A DNA stretch of 64,000 nucleotides from NCBI GenBank assembly GCA_963724765.1, contig CAVRVY010000002.1, forward strand, positions 64,001-128,000, read 5' to 3'. Positions 1-9,932 of the stretch are shown piece after piece. A program made the position numbers and the translations under genes. Under the pieces are notes generated by a model, which saw only the letters and a program-made list of their open reading frames with translations, was not told the origin of the DNA and made no database searches. The number at the start of each line of letters is the position of its first letter. Within the stretch, counting starts at the first letter, position 1. The DNA is from an uncultured delta proteobacterium. GTDB lineage: Bacteria; Desulfobacterota; Binatia; Binatales; Binataceae.

Positions 1-125
1 AGCGCGTGTCGAATCTGAGCGGCGGAATCGATCTGTGGTCGGCGACGGTCGACCCTGCGGTGCCGCGTTACTGAGGCTCGGCTCAGGCGGCGAGACAGGC
101 GCGCACGACAATCGGAGGCAGGCGC

Positions 126-944
126 ATGACTTACCTTGCGGCGGCAATCCAGATGGCGGCGGGAAGCGACAAGTCGGCCAACCTCGAGCGCGCCGAGCGC
201 CTCATCCGGCTCGCCGCGGCGCGGGGCGCCAACCTGGTCGGATTGCCCGAGACCTTCAACTGGCGCGGCAAGCGTTTCGAAGAGGCGGCCGCCGCGGAAC
301 CGCTCGAGGGCGGATCGCTGGCGGCGATTTCGCGGCTCGCTCGCGAGCTCAGCCTGCATATCGTGGCCGGCTCGATAACCGAGCACGCGCCCGGCCAGCT
401 CAAGCGCCACAATACCTCCGTGCTGATCGGCCCCGATGGCACGCTCCTGGCGGTCTATCGCAAAATCCATCTTTTCGACATCGACCTGCCCGGCCGCGTC
501 ACGGTCAAGGAGTCCGACGTCAAGCTCGCAGGCAGCGAGGTCGTCTCGGCGCGCACGCCGCGCGGCACGATTGGCCTTAGCGTCTGCTACGACCTGCGCT
601 TCCCCGAGCTTTACCGCCGGCTGACTTTCGCCGGCGCCGAAATAATCACCGTGCCGAGCTGTTTCACTTTCCCCACTGGCGAGGCGCACTGGGATGCGCT
701 GATTCGCGCCCGCGCGATCGAGAACCAGGCCTACGTCATCGCGCCGGCGCAATTCGGGACCAACGTCCACGGCTTCAGCGACTATGGCAACTCGATGATC
801 GTCGACCCGTGGGGGCGCGTGATCGCGCGCGCCTCCGACCAGGAGGGCGTGGTCATCGCGCCAATCGACCTCGATTACCTGGCGCGAGTACGGCGCGAAT
901 TGCCGGCGCTTGGCCACGCGCGTCTGCGCGAGGGCCTCGGCTGA
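126..944 (+). CDS. Carbon-nitrogen hydrolase (nitrilase superfamily, Nit1/deaminated-glutathione amidase-like)
   Basis: Glu-Lys-Cys triad motifs LPE, YRKIHLFD and VCYDLRFPE; RARAIEN; SMIVDPWG. Confidence 0.92.
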   Translation: MTYLAAAIQMAAGSDKSANLERAERLIRLAAARGANLVGLPETFNWRGKRFEEAAAAEPLEGGSLAAISRLARELSLHIVAGSITEHAPGQLKRHNTSVLIGPDGTLLAVYRKIHLFDIDLPGRVTVKESDVKLAGSEVVSARTPRGTIGLSVCYDLRFPELYRRLTFAGAEIITVPSCFTFPTGEAHWDALIRARAIENQAYVIAPAQFGTNVHGFSDYGNSMIVDPWGRVIARASDQEGVVIAPIDLDYLARVRRELPALGHARLREGLG

Positions 945-1231
945 GCGCCGCTCCGGTAAAGGTGCGGACGATCGCGGCGCGCTTCGCTTCTGCGGTAAGA
1001 TCGCGCTTGGGCGATTTGGGGCGGGTAATGATGAGCATGGCGAAGGCCTCGCGCTTGACGCGCGATAGGCTACGGGTCTAATCAGGCACTACTCTCGCGA
1101 TTCTCGCGGACCGGCTCGTATCCTCAAACGGCGGCGCTCGCCTGAGCCGGCGAAATTCGCAGACGGCGAGGGCGCCGGTGGAAGGGCGGGTGGCGCCGCG
1201 GCGGGATATACGCACTGAGGAAAAATTTCAC

Positions 1232-2407
1232 ATGGCAGAAGGACCGTTGTCTGGTTTTCGCATTCTCGACCTGACCCAGGTGGTTTCGGGACCGTTTTGC
1301 GCGATGCTGCTGGGCGACCTCGGCGCCGACGTTATCAAGGTCGAGCCGCCCGAGGGCGATACCACGCGGCGGATCGGACGGCCGCGCAAAAACGGCGTCA
1401 CCGCGTCGTTCCTGAATTTCAACCGCAACAAGCGCAGCGTCGTGATCGATCTCAAGAAGGAACAGGGCCGCGACCTGGTGCGGATGCTGGCCGTGCGCGC
1501 CGACGCCTTTATCGAGAACAACCGCCCCGGCGTCGCCGACCGCCTCGGCATCGGTTACGCCGACATCCGCCGGCTCAACCCGAAGATCGTCTACTGCTCG
1601 ATCTGCGGCTTCGGTCCCAAGGGCCCCTACGCCAACGCGCCCGCCTACGATCCGGTCATCCAGTGCTTCTCGACCATGGCGGCGCTGCAGGGCCGGCGCG
1701 GCGGACAGCCGACCGTGGTCAAGATGGCGCTGGCCGACAAAATCAGCGGGATGACCGCCGCGCTCAGCATCGTGAGCGCGCTGCATGCGGCGCGTAATCG
1801 TGGCGTGGGCCAGAACATCCGCATCCCGATGGTCGAGGCGATGATGGCGTTCACCTGCAACGACACCATGGTGGGCTATACCTTCGTGCCCGAGGACGAG
1901 TACAAGGACCAGGCGCCGAAGAGCCAGAGCCTCGATCCATTTCCGACCAGGGACGGATGGATTTCGGTCGCGCCGTTCACCGACGAGCAGTTCGAGCGCC
2001 TGTGCCTCGGCGTCGGCCATCACGAATGGTGGACCGCGGTTCCAGACCGCACCGAGCGCATCCGCGGCATCCTGCGCGGGCTCGCCAAGACGCTCCCCGA
2101 GCGCACGACCGCCGAGTGGCTCGCAGTGCTGGAGAAAGCCGACGTGCCGGTCGGCCGCGTCAACGATTACGAGACGTTGTTCACCGACGAAGAGATTGTC
2201 GCCAACGAGAACTTCACCCTGTACGAGCATCCCGACGCGGGCACCGTGCGCACGGTAAATCCCGGCGCGCGTTTTACCGAGACGCCGGCGCGGATGTGGC
2301 GGATTCCGCCGCGCCTGGGCGAGAACACCGAGGAAGTCCTGCGCGAACTCGGCGTCGAACGATCGACGATCGAAGAGTTGCGCAACGCCAAGGTAATCAA
2401 CAGCTAG
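1232..2407 (+). CDS. CaiB/BaiF family (class III) CoA-transferase
   Basis: GPLSGFRILDLTQVVSGP, LGDLGADVIKVEPP, NRNKRS, AYDPVIQ; ATG at 1232 follows GAGG. Confidence 0.92.
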   Translation: MAEGPLSGFRILDLTQVVSGPFCAMLLGDLGADVIKVEPPEGDTTRRIGRPRKNGVTASFLNFNRNKRSVVIDLKKEQGRDLVRMLAVRADAFIENNRPGVADRLGIGYADIRRLNPKIVYCSICGFGPKGPYANAPAYDPVIQCFSTMAALQGRRGGQPTVVKMALADKISGMTAALSIVSALHAARNRGVGQNIRIPMVEAMMAFTCNDTMVGYTFVPEDEYKDQAPKSQSLDPFPTRDGWISVAPFTDEQFERLCLGVGHHEWWTAVPDRTERIRGILRGLAKTLPERTTAEWLAVLEKADVPVGRVNDYETLFTDEEIVANENFTLYEHPDAGTVRTVNPGARFTETPARMWRIPPRLGENTEEVLRELGVERSTIEELRNAKVINS

Positions 2408-3033
2408 GAAAACAGTTCGGGGACGTGCTGGCTGAGATAGACCAGCGCATGGTAGAGATATTGAATCCCCGACACCACCAGGACTGCGCCGGTCAGGTAC
2501 AACAGCGCGTACCAGTCGCGCTGGCTCAGTCCGAAACGCTCCGCCAGCGTGCCAATCACGCATACGATGAGCAGCAGCGTGGTCAGTTTGCCGAACATGC
2601 TCGGGCGGACCGGAAAACGCTCGCCCGCGGCGAACGAAATCATCAGGTAGCCGAGCACGAGCACGATGTCGCGGATCGCGGTCAAGATCAAAAGCCAGAC
2701 CGGAAGCTTGTGCTCGAAGGTCAGCACCACCAGGGCGCTCAGCAGCATCAGCTTGTCGGCAAACGGATCGAGGATCGCGCCGAGCTCGGTGCGGATATCG
2801 AACCATCGCGCGACGGCGCCGTCGAGCGCGTCGGTCGCCGCCGCCAGCGCAAAGACGTAAAGGGCCGACGTGAAACGGTCCTTGCTGAGGAGGACCAGGA
2901 AGATTGGCACCATTCCGATGCGGCAGAGCGAGATGATGTTGGGAAGCTTGAGCAGATGGCCGAGGCGCACACGGCCGACCACCGGCAGGATGCCGCCCGG
3001 CTTTGGCGAAGAAGTCGAGATGTGTGCGCCCAT
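2404..3033 (-). CDS. CDP-alcohol phosphatidyltransferase (PgsA-like)
   Basis: LPNIISLCR and the DALDGAVAR...GAILDPFADK signature; several hydrophobic helices. Confidence 0.9.
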   Translation of the reverse strand: MGAHISTSSPKPGGILPVVGRVRLGHLLKLPNIISLCRIGMVPIFLVLLSKDRFTSALYVFALAAATDALDGAVARWFDIRTELGAILDPFADKLMLLSALVVLTFEHKLPVWLLILTAIRDIVLVLGYLMISFAAGERFPVRPSMFGKLTTLLLIVCVIGTLAERFGLSQRDWYALLYLTGAVLVVSGIQYLYHALVYLSQHVPELFS

Positions 3034-3066
3034 CGTCGCTCAGTTCTCGGGTCAGTTCGCTGCGGC

Positions 3067-4359
3067 TTAAACAATCGCCGCTTTGCGCAGCCGTCCGGCC
3101 ACCGGCGCGCTGACTCGCGCCCGCAGCGAGACCGTGCCGTCGCTGTATTCCTCTCCCAGCACCTCGCCGTCGCGCCGCGCCATCGCGACCAGGTCACCGC
3201 GCCCGGCTGGCAGCATTACCGTCACTTCCTCGCGCCACGCGCTGAACCATCGCGCCATCGCGCCGAGCAGTTCGTCCAGCCCCCGGCCGCGTAGCGCTGA
3301 GATCGCGACCGTGTCCGACGCGATCGCAAGCCGCATCCCATCGGCCGGTACCAGGTCTACCTTGTTCATAACCACGATTCGCGAGGCCGCCCCTGCGCCG
3401 ATTTCCTCCAGCACCCGGTCAACGATTTCCATCCGCTTGGCCGCCAGCGGCGAGCTGGCGTCGACCACGTGCAGCAGCAGATCGGCGGTCCGGACTTCCT
3501 CGAGCGTGGCCTTGAAGGCCTCGACCAGCATATGCGGCAGGCGATGGATGAAGCCGACCGTGTCGGCCAGCATCACCGTCACCTTACCCGGCAGCCGCAG
3601 GCGTCGGATAGTCGGGTCGAGCGTCGAGAACGGACGATCGGCGGTTTCGACACCGGCCTGTGTTAGCGCATTCATCAAGGTCGATTTCCCCGAGTTGGTA
3701 TAGCCGACCAGCGCCACGGTCGGATAGGGAACCTCGAGCCGGCGCCGGCGCTGGATTGTGCGCGTGCGCTCGACTTCGCCGAGGCGCTGGCGCAGGCGCG
3801 TGAGGCGCTCGCGCACGCGGCGGCGGTCGACTTCAAGCTGGGTTTCGCCGGGGCCGCGGATACCGATACGGCCGCCAGAGGCGCCGCCGCCGCCGGCCTG
3901 GCGCGAGAGATGGGCCCACTGGCGCGTCAGGCGCGGCGCCAGGTAACTGAGCTGCGCAATCTCGACCTGGAGCTTGCCCTCCAGGGTGCGTGCGCGCTGG
4001 GCGAAGATGTCGAGGATGAGCTGGCTGCGATCGATCACGCGCAGCTCGAGTTCCTTTTCCAGATTGCGCGCCTGCGCAGGGCTGAGCGCGTCATCGAAGA
4101 TCGCCAGCGTGGCGCCGCGCTCGCGCGCGAGCTCGCGCACTTCCTGGACCTTGCCGCGTCCAATAAAGGTGCGCGGGTCGGGGCGCTTGAGTTTTTGGCT
4201 GACGGTGGCGGCGATTTTCGCGCCGGCGCTCTCGGCCAGCGCGGCGAGTTCGCCGAGCGAGTCTTCGCTGGCGATCTCACCGTTTGAGCCGGCCAGTTCG
4301 ACTCCGACCAGAACTGCGCGTTCGGCATCCTCGATGGTGGGGCTATGGGAAAAGCTCAG
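3067..4359 (-). CDS. hflX: GTPase HflX; probable non-canonical CTG start at 4359
   Basis: GPGETQLE, GYTNSGKS, DTVG, NKVD. The conserved N-terminus (ERAVLVGV...SLGELAALAESAG...PDPRTFIGRGK) lies in frame upstream of the track start at 4140; there is no ATG/GTG/TTG before the in-frame TAA at 4384-4386; CTG at 4359 follows GAGG. Confidence 0.9.
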   Translation of the reverse strand: MSFSHSPTIEDAERAVLVGVELAGSNGEIASEDSLGELAALAESAGAKIAATVSQKLKRPDPRTFIGRGKVQEVRELARERGATLAIFDDALSPAQARNLEKELELRVIDRSQLILDIFAQRARTLEGKLQVEIAQLSYLAPRLTRQWAHLSRQAGGGGASGGRIGIRGPGETQLEVDRRRVRERLTRLRQRLGEVERTRTIQRRRRLEVPYPTVALVGYTNSGKSTLMNALTQAGVETADRPFSTLDPTIRRLRLPGKVTVMLADTVGFIHRLPHMLVEAFKATLEEVRTADLLLHVVDASSPLAAKRMEIVDRVLEEIGAGAASRIVVMNKVDLVPADGMRLAIASDTVAISALRGRGLDELLGAMARWFSAWREEVTVMLPAGRGDLVAMARRDGEVLGEEYSDGTVSLRARVSAPVAGRLRKAAIV

Positions 4360-4412
4360 AGGCCAACCTCGCTGCGGGCTGGATTAGGAATCCAAAGAAT
4401 CGAATCGCGCAT
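4356..4412 (-). CDS. Putative 18-aa leader peptide MRDSILWIPNPARSEVGL upstream of hflX
   Basis: AAGGAG immediately before ATG 4412 (only about 1 nt spacing; a second AAGGA lies further upstream); its TGA (4358-4356) overlaps the hflX CTG as CTGA. Confidence 0.45.
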   Translation of the reverse strand: MRDSILWIPNPARSEVGL

Positions 4413-4536
4413 GCTCCTTATCCTTGATCCTAGCAAAAATGCGGTGCCCTATGTCAGCACTTTTTTACCGCACCAAGCGCGTGCCGACGCTCTCTTGAAC
4501 GGCACTGCTTCGTCCGCCAATTGATCAGTTGCGGAG

Positions 4537-5418
4537 CTAGCGGCCGAGGTAGCGCCGCAAAAAATCGAGACTCGTTTGCCAGGCGTCCTCGCGGGCTGCC
4601 GCGTCGAGGCCGTGCCCCTTGCCGGGATATATTTTCATCTCGTGGGGGCGGTTGTAGCTCGTGAGCAGCGCGTCGAGCTCGTACGCGTAGCGCACCGGGA
4701 TGGTCGTGTCGGCGTCGCCATGCAGGATCAGCGTGGGCGGCATGTTCGCCGCCGTCGGGATGTAACTATTGTTCATTCCTCCGTAGTACTCGATAACGGC
4801 TGCCACCCGGCCGCCTTCCGACGCGCCTACAGCCAGCGCCAGGAAAGCGCCCAGCGAATGCCCTAGCAGGGCGATCCGATCGCGTTTTACCGTGGGATTG
4901 TGGCCGAGCGCGTCGATTCCGTCAGCGATTTCGCGCGTCCAGATCGGAAAATTTCCGTTGACCCAGGCCGCGAAGCCCTTTCCGGTCACCGGGAGATCGC
5001 CCGGCCGCGCCGGACCCGCCTGACTGTAGTATTCTATGAACATCGAGTAGTAGCCGATCGCCGCCAGGTTGCGGCAATTCTCGACGAAGCCCTCGTCGCC
5101 GACGCCTCTGGGGACCGCGCCATGTAGCAAGATGACCGCCGGATGGGCTCCGGGCGCGAGCGGCACGCAGTAGAAGTCCTCGACCGGCTTTCCAGCCGAC
5201 TCGAATTGTTCGTAATGAACCTCGATTGGATGAGAGTCAGGCGAAACCAGTACAGCCGGCGAGACCTGCGCGGCCGGCCGGCCGGAAGCACCGGCGGCCG
5301 GCGGCATGCCGAAAGCCGATAAAAGGCCCGCGTCGAAAGACGATGAAAGGACGAAGATCGGCGCGGCGGACGCGAGCATCCGGAGCAAAAGAGAATGTCG
5401 CGAGGCTCGCAGGCTCAT
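4537..5418 (-). CDS. Dienelactone hydrolase-family alpha/beta hydrolase, possibly exported
   Basis: LLHG, GHSLG nucleophile elbow, ILHGDAD, YPGKGHG; start uncertain. Confidence 0.8.
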   Translation of the reverse strand: MSLRASRHSLLLRMLASAAPIFVLSSSFDAGLLSAFGMPPAAGASGRPAAQVSPAVLVSPDSHPIEVHYEQFESAGKPVEDFYCVPLAPGAHPAVILLHGAVPRGVGDEGFVENCRNLAAIGYYSMFIEYYSQAGPARPGDLPVTGKGFAAWVNGNFPIWTREIADGIDALGHNPTVKRDRIALLGHSLGAFLALAVGASEGGRVAAVIEYYGGMNNSYIPTAANMPPTLILHGDADTTIPVRYAYELDALLTSYNRPHEMKIYPGKGHGLDAAAREDAWQTSLDFLRRYLGR

Positions 5419-5817
5419 GGCGTGTTGCTCAGTGCCGTGGCGCCACTGTTCAGTTCGAGCGCTTCGTACGCCATCGCCTGGTCCTGTCTGTTGATCCTGC
5501 CTGTTGGTCCCGCCTGTTATAGCCGAAGTCGGGGACGGCCCGCCGCCGTCCCGTGCGCGCTCCAACTTAACCGAACGCGCCGCGTTCGCACCAATCGGGT
5601 GACGAGCTGATCAGGATTTTTTCGGGTCTACTGGAGGATGATTAATTTACTCAAACTGCTTTAAAAGTGACATAGAGGGCTCTTCGCTTGTGGCACATTA
5701 GCGCTCTAACAAGCACTCACACGCACATTCTACCTGCTCTTCGCACAAGGCATCTTGACTCCGCTAAGGTCACAACAGACGCTGGGAATTGAAAAGTGAG
5801 TTCGCCGGCCGCTGCGA

Positions 5818-6099
5818 ATGAAAAAAGGGACTCCCCCAAAAAAAATTTCAAACAGGCCCATTCAAAGTATGGCTGAAGTAGCTCAGAGCGATCAGATTTT
5901 CACCATCAAGGAATTGTCGGAACACCTGCGCGTTCATCCGACGACGATCTACCGCTTGCTTCGACAGGGGCGGTTGCCCGGCTTCCGCGTCGGCAGCAAC
6001 TGGCGATTCAGCCGCGAAGCAATCGAACAGTGGGAACGCGATCAGGCCGGTAGGGCAGGAAGTCCGCCGCGCCGCCGCCGCGCCCGCCGCCATCACTAG
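5818..6099 (+). CDS. Small excisionase-like (HTH_17) DNA-binding protein
   Basis: FTIKELSEHLRVHPTTIYRL...LPGFRVGSNWRF; alternative start 5869. Confidence 0.85.
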   Translation: MKKGTPPKKISNRPIQSMAEVAQSDQIFTIKELSEHLRVHPTTIYRLLRQGRLPGFRVGSNWRFSREAIEQWERDQAGRAGSPPRRRRARRHH

Positions 6100-6327
6100 A
6101 AACAACCGACATTCTCGCACGATTTGCCCACACGGATTTGCCCGGGTAACCTGCCCGCTCAATTTGCGCGTGTGACGCGCTCCGCGCACGCCGGCTCCGC
6201 CGCATGCCGCAAGACCACGCGGCCGGCCGTCCGCGCGACGTCGAGCGTTCGGCGGCGGCACGTTTGACAACCGGCCTTCATTCCGAATAGCTAACCTCAA
6301 ATACGTCGCCGGAGAGTGTTGATAACG

Positions 6328-7140
6328 ATGCCGACCAAGTACGTGGAAGTGCACGGCTGCGCCACCTACTACTACTATGCGGGACAAACCACGCTGCCCG
6401 ACGTGGTGCCCGACCTCTCGCGCGGCCGCAAAATCGTCATGGTGCACGGCGCCGGCTCCAACGGCCATAGCTGGCACAATCAGGTCGACCATCTCGGCCG
6501 CGCCCACAGCCCGATCGCAATCGATCTGCCGGCGCACGGCCGTTCCTCGGGCGTCGAGGGGCTCAAGACGGTCCAGGAGTACACCGACTTTGTGGTCGCC
6601 TTTCTTGACGCGCTCGGTATCGGCTCAGCAGTGATCGCGGGACGCTCGATGGGCGGGGCGATTGCGATGGACATGGCGCTGCGTTACCCGAAGCGGGTCG
6701 AGGCGATCGTGCCGGTCGTGACCGCGGCCAGGTTTAATATCGAACCCGGACGTATCGACGCGCTGCGCGGGGTCGCGATGGGCCGTGCGCCGCAGGCTTT
6801 TGTCACATACGGTTACTCGCCCGCTACCGTCAAAGATCGGTTCGAGATCGTGCGCGAGGGCTGGATGGAGCAGATCCAGACCGACCCGCGCGTGCGCTAT
6901 ACCGACATGGTGGCCTGCACGCGATGCGATCTGCGCGAGCAAATCGCGCGCATCGACAAGCCGGCGTTTGTTTTGGCCGGCGCGCACGATCCGATCACTA
7001 CGCCCGCCGACGCCGAACTTATAAACGGGTGTATCCGCGGCTCGAAAATGCGCGTGATCGCCGACGCCGGGCACCATCTGCCCAACGAGCAGCCGGCCGA
7101 AATCAACTCTGCCATCGAGAGTTTTCTCTCCGAACTTTAG
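6328..7140 (+). CDS. Alpha/beta fold hydrolase
   Basis: VHGAG, DLPAHGRS, GRSMGG, HDPIT, AGHH; GGAG upstream. Confidence 0.88.
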   Translation: MPTKYVEVHGCATYYYYAGQTTLPDVVPDLSRGRKIVMVHGAGSNGHSWHNQVDHLGRAHSPIAIDLPAHGRSSGVEGLKTVQEYTDFVVAFLDALGIGSAVIAGRSMGGAIAMDMALRYPKRVEAIVPVVTAARFNIEPGRIDALRGVAMGRAPQAFVTYGYSPATVKDRFEIVREGWMEQIQTDPRVRYTDMVACTRCDLREQIARIDKPAFVLAGAHDPITTPADAELINGCIRGSKMRVIADAGHHLPNEQPAEINSAIESFLSEL

Positions 7141-7154
7141 TCAGGGAGCGTCCG

Positions 7155-8315
7155 ATGAGCCTAAGCCGCAAGACCGCGCTGGCCGGCGTGTACGAGCATC
7201 CGGCCCGCTTTGCGCCCAACAAGAGCATGTTCCAGATCATGGCCGAGAGCGTACGCGGCGCGCTCGACGACGCCGGGCTCAAGATTCAGGACGTCGACGG
7301 CGTATGCACGACCGGAATCGGGATGAGCGGGATGGGGATTGTGGGGTTCTGCGATTACATGAACCTGACGCCCAACTTCGTCGACTCGACCTCGATCGGC
7401 GGCTCGTCATTCGTCGCCCATACCGCTCATGCCGCGGCCGCGATCGCGGCCGGGCTGTGCAAGGTCGCCGTGGTGGTCTACGGCTCGACCGCGGCCTCGC
7501 AGCGCTTTGCGATCGGTACCGGTGGCGGGGGCGGCGGTAGCGATCCGTGCGATCAGTATGAAGTGCCGTTCGGGCCGACCACTGTCGGAGCCTACGCGAT
7601 GATGGCGCAGCGTCACATGTACGAATATGGCACGACTTCGGAGCAGCTCGCCGAAATCGCGGTCACGATGCGCCTGCACGCCTCGATGAATCCCGCGGCC
7701 AAGTATCGTGATCCGATTACGGTTGAGGACGTGATGGCCTCGCGCATCATCTCGTCGCCGCTGCATTTGCTCGACTGCTGCATCATCAGTGACGGCGGCG
7801 GCGCGCTGGTGGTGACCTCGGCCGAGCGCGCGCGCGACCTCAAGAAGAAGCCGGCTTACATTCTCGGTTGCGGCGAGACCGTGCGCCACCCGGCGCGGGG
7901 CCGGCGCGACTTTATGGAGATGGCGGCGGCGCAATCGGGACCGCTCGCCTTCGAGCGCGCCGGCGTCACCCCGGCCGACATCGACATGGCGATGATTTAC
8001 GACTCGTTCACGATTACGGTTCTGATGACGCTGGAGAATCTCGGATTCTGCAAAGGCGGCGAGGGTGGCGCGTTCGTCTCAGGCGGACGGCTCCGCTACG
8101 ATGGAGCGCTCCCGACCAACACCGACGGCGGCGGGCTGTCGTCGAACCATCCGGGGATGCGCGGAATCTTTCTGGTGATCGAAGCGGTTAAGCAGTTGCG
8201 CGGCGAATGCGGGCCGCGCCAGGTCAAGGACTGCGCGCTGGCGCTGTGCCACGGCACCGGCGGCACGCTCGGCATCCGCCACTCCGGTGCGACGCTCATC
8301 CTGGGCAACCAGTAG
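7155..8315 (+). CDS. Thiolase-superfamily protein (SCP2-thiolase/Ltp2-like) lacking the nucleophilic Cys
   Basis: LLDCCIISDGGGA, IYDSFT, PTNTDGGGLS; SIGGSS at the usual CxS position. Confidence 0.88.
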   Translation: MSLSRKTALAGVYEHPARFAPNKSMFQIMAESVRGALDDAGLKIQDVDGVCTTGIGMSGMGIVGFCDYMNLTPNFVDSTSIGGSSFVAHTAHAAAAIAAGLCKVAVVVYGSTAASQRFAIGTGGGGGGSDPCDQYEVPFGPTTVGAYAMMAQRHMYEYGTTSEQLAEIAVTMRLHASMNPAAKYRDPITVEDVMASRIISSPLHLLDCCIISDGGGALVVTSAERARDLKKKPAYILGCGETVRHPARGRRDFMEMAAAQSGPLAFERAGVTPADIDMAMIYDSFTITVLMTLENLGFCKGGEGGAFVSGGRLRYDGALPTNTDGGGLSSNHPGMRGIFLVIEAVKQLRGECGPRQVKDCALALCHGTGGTLGIRHSGATLILGNQ

Positions 8316-8348
8316 GCAGCGGCGAAACAGTAAGACAGGAACTCCACG

Positions 8349-8780
8349 ATGGCTGACGAAAAGTCGGACAGGAAAAAATACACCAAGCCGCTGCCGCGCC
8401 TTGACGAGGAGAGCCGCCCGTGGTGGGAGGCGCTCAAGCGTCACGAGCTGTATATCCAGAAGTGCCGCCACTGCGGTGATTTGCGCTATTACCCCAGGGC
8501 GCTGTGCACCAACTGTCTAAGCTCCAGCATCGAGTGGGTGCGCTGTGCCGGAAAAGGCAGGGTCTACACTTATACGGCGACGATGCAGAACCAGGCCCCG
8601 GGCTTTCGCGAATCGCTGCCCTACGTGATGGCTTACGTCGAGCTCGACGAAGGGCTCAAGGTGCTGACCAACCTTGTGGAGTGCAAGCCCGATGAGGTTA
8701 AAATAGGAATGCCCGTCGAGGCCGTGTTCGAAGACGCCACGCCCGAAGTGACGTTGCTCAAGTTTCGCCCGGCGAGGTAA
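8349..8780 (+). CDS. DUF35 Zn-ribbon/OB-fold protein
   Basis: QKCRHCG...YPRALCTNC, PYVMAYVELDEG, IGMPVEAVF. Confidence 0.9.
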   Translation: MADEKSDRKKYTKPLPRLDEESRPWWEALKRHELYIQKCRHCGDLRYYPRALCTNCLSSSIEWVRCAGKGRVYTYTATMQNQAPGFRESLPYVMAYVELDEGLKVLTNLVECKPDEVKIGMPVEAVFEDATPEVTLLKFRPAR

Positions 8781-8793
8781 GGACGTCGTGTAA

Positions 8794-9489
8794 GTGCCAA
8801 CAATCCTCGACCTCCACAGCCACAGCGAAGCCTCGGAAGACAGCCGCGCGCCGCTGGAGGCCTACCTCAACTGGATCAAGCTGCGCCACCAGGAGCGTCC
8901 CGTCGACGGTATCGTGCTCACCGAGCATCGCCAGTTCAACGCCGGCCCCGACTACCGCGCGCTCGAGGACAAGTTCGGCCTGATGGTGCTCAAGGCCTCC
9001 GAAGTCGAAACCGACTACGGCCACGTGCTGGTCTTCGGTGTGACCGACGAGATGACGCGGCGCTTCGATTTCGCCAACGTGCGGCTGAACGCGCAGGAAC
9101 TGATCGACGAGGTTGCGCGGATGGGCGGAGTCGCCGTGCCGTGCCATCCGGGGCGCCCGACCGTGGGCCTGTACGAGCATTACGCGGTCAAACCGCCGCT
9201 CGAAAACGTGATCGCGGTCGAAGTTCTCAACGGTGGCTCGCGCAAGGGCGAGGATGATCGCTCGATGGAGCTGGTACGCACCTACGGCTATCGCGCGGTG
9301 GGCGGCTCGGACAGCCACCTGGTCAGTCTGATTGCGCTTTGCGCCACGCGCTTCGAGGCCGACATCCGTTCGATCGAGGACCTGGTGCGCGAACTCAAAG
9401 AGGGCAAGTACGAGCCGGTCGATTTCCGCCCCAAGCGCAAACCCGTGCCGGCGGCGGTTCCGGACGAGGTAAGGCACAATGGCGGTTGA
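8794..9489 (+). CDS. PHP-domain metallohydrolase
   Basis: DLHSHS, LTEH, GHVL, CHP, GGSDSH metal-binding motifs. Confidence 0.85.
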   Translation: MPTILDLHSHSEASEDSRAPLEAYLNWIKLRHQERPVDGIVLTEHRQFNAGPDYRALEDKFGLMVLKASEVETDYGHVLVFGVTDEMTRRFDFANVRLNAQELIDEVARMGGVAVPCHPGRPTVGLYEHYAVKPPLENVIAVEVLNGGSRKGEDDRSMELVRTYGYRAVGGSDSHLVSLIALCATRFEADIRSIEDLVRELKEGKYEPVDFRPKRKPVPAAVPDEVRHNGG

Positions 9490-9925
9490 TTACGATCCGG
9501 CGCTGATCGGCAGAGTCTTCGAAGTGACCGACCCGGTCATCGTCAGCGCGGAGGACATCGGCAAGTTCTGCACCGCCATCGGCGAGACCAATCCGCTCTA
9601 TACCGACGAGGCGGCGGCGAAAAAGGGACCGCACGGAACCATCGTCGCGCCGCCGTCGTTCGCGGTCACCTTCCGCAACGGGCGCCATTTTTTCACCCAC
9701 GTGCCGCGCTTCGGCGCCGCCGGTTTTGACGCCGGCAAGGACGTCGAGTTCGTTACGCCGATTCGCCCCGGCGACAAGATCACGCTCGGCTCCCACGTCA
9801 AGGAAATCTACGAGAAGACCGGGCGCAGCGGCTCGATGGTGTTCGTGGTGGTGCGCTCGACCGTGCAAAATCAAAACGGCGAGGTCGTCGCGCACATCGA
9901 CCATCGCTTCATGAACCGGCCGTAG
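9479..9925 (+). CDS. MaoC-like hotdog dehydratase subunit
   Basis: FCTAIGETNPLYTDEAAA...IVAPPSF; PIRPGDKI. Confidence 0.88.
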   Translation: MAVDYDPALIGRVFEVTDPVIVSAEDIGKFCTAIGETNPLYTDEAAAKKGPHGTIVAPPSFAVTFRNGRHFFTHVPRFGAAGFDAGKDVEFVTPIRPGDKITLGSHVKEIYEKTGRSGSMVFVVVRSTVQNQNGEVVAHIDHRFMNRP

Positions 9926-9932
9926 GTTGCCA

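Noticed and set aside
1132-1178. Structured RNA upstream of the CoA-transferase (GGCGCTCGCC...GGCGAGGGCGCC)
   Set aside because: A single imperfect GC-rich stem is expected by chance at this GC content, and no known motif is recognisable.
5691-5705. Sigma-54 promoter TGGCAC upstream of the HTH gene
   Set aside because: GG-to-GC spacing is one nucleotide short. Similar near-matches around 12460-12474 (minus) and 52143 also fail at the -12 element.
5818-6099. Prophage or ICE remnant suggested by the excisionase-like gene
   Set aside because: No integrase, phage or conjugation genes nearby; stand-alone HTH_17 regulators are common.
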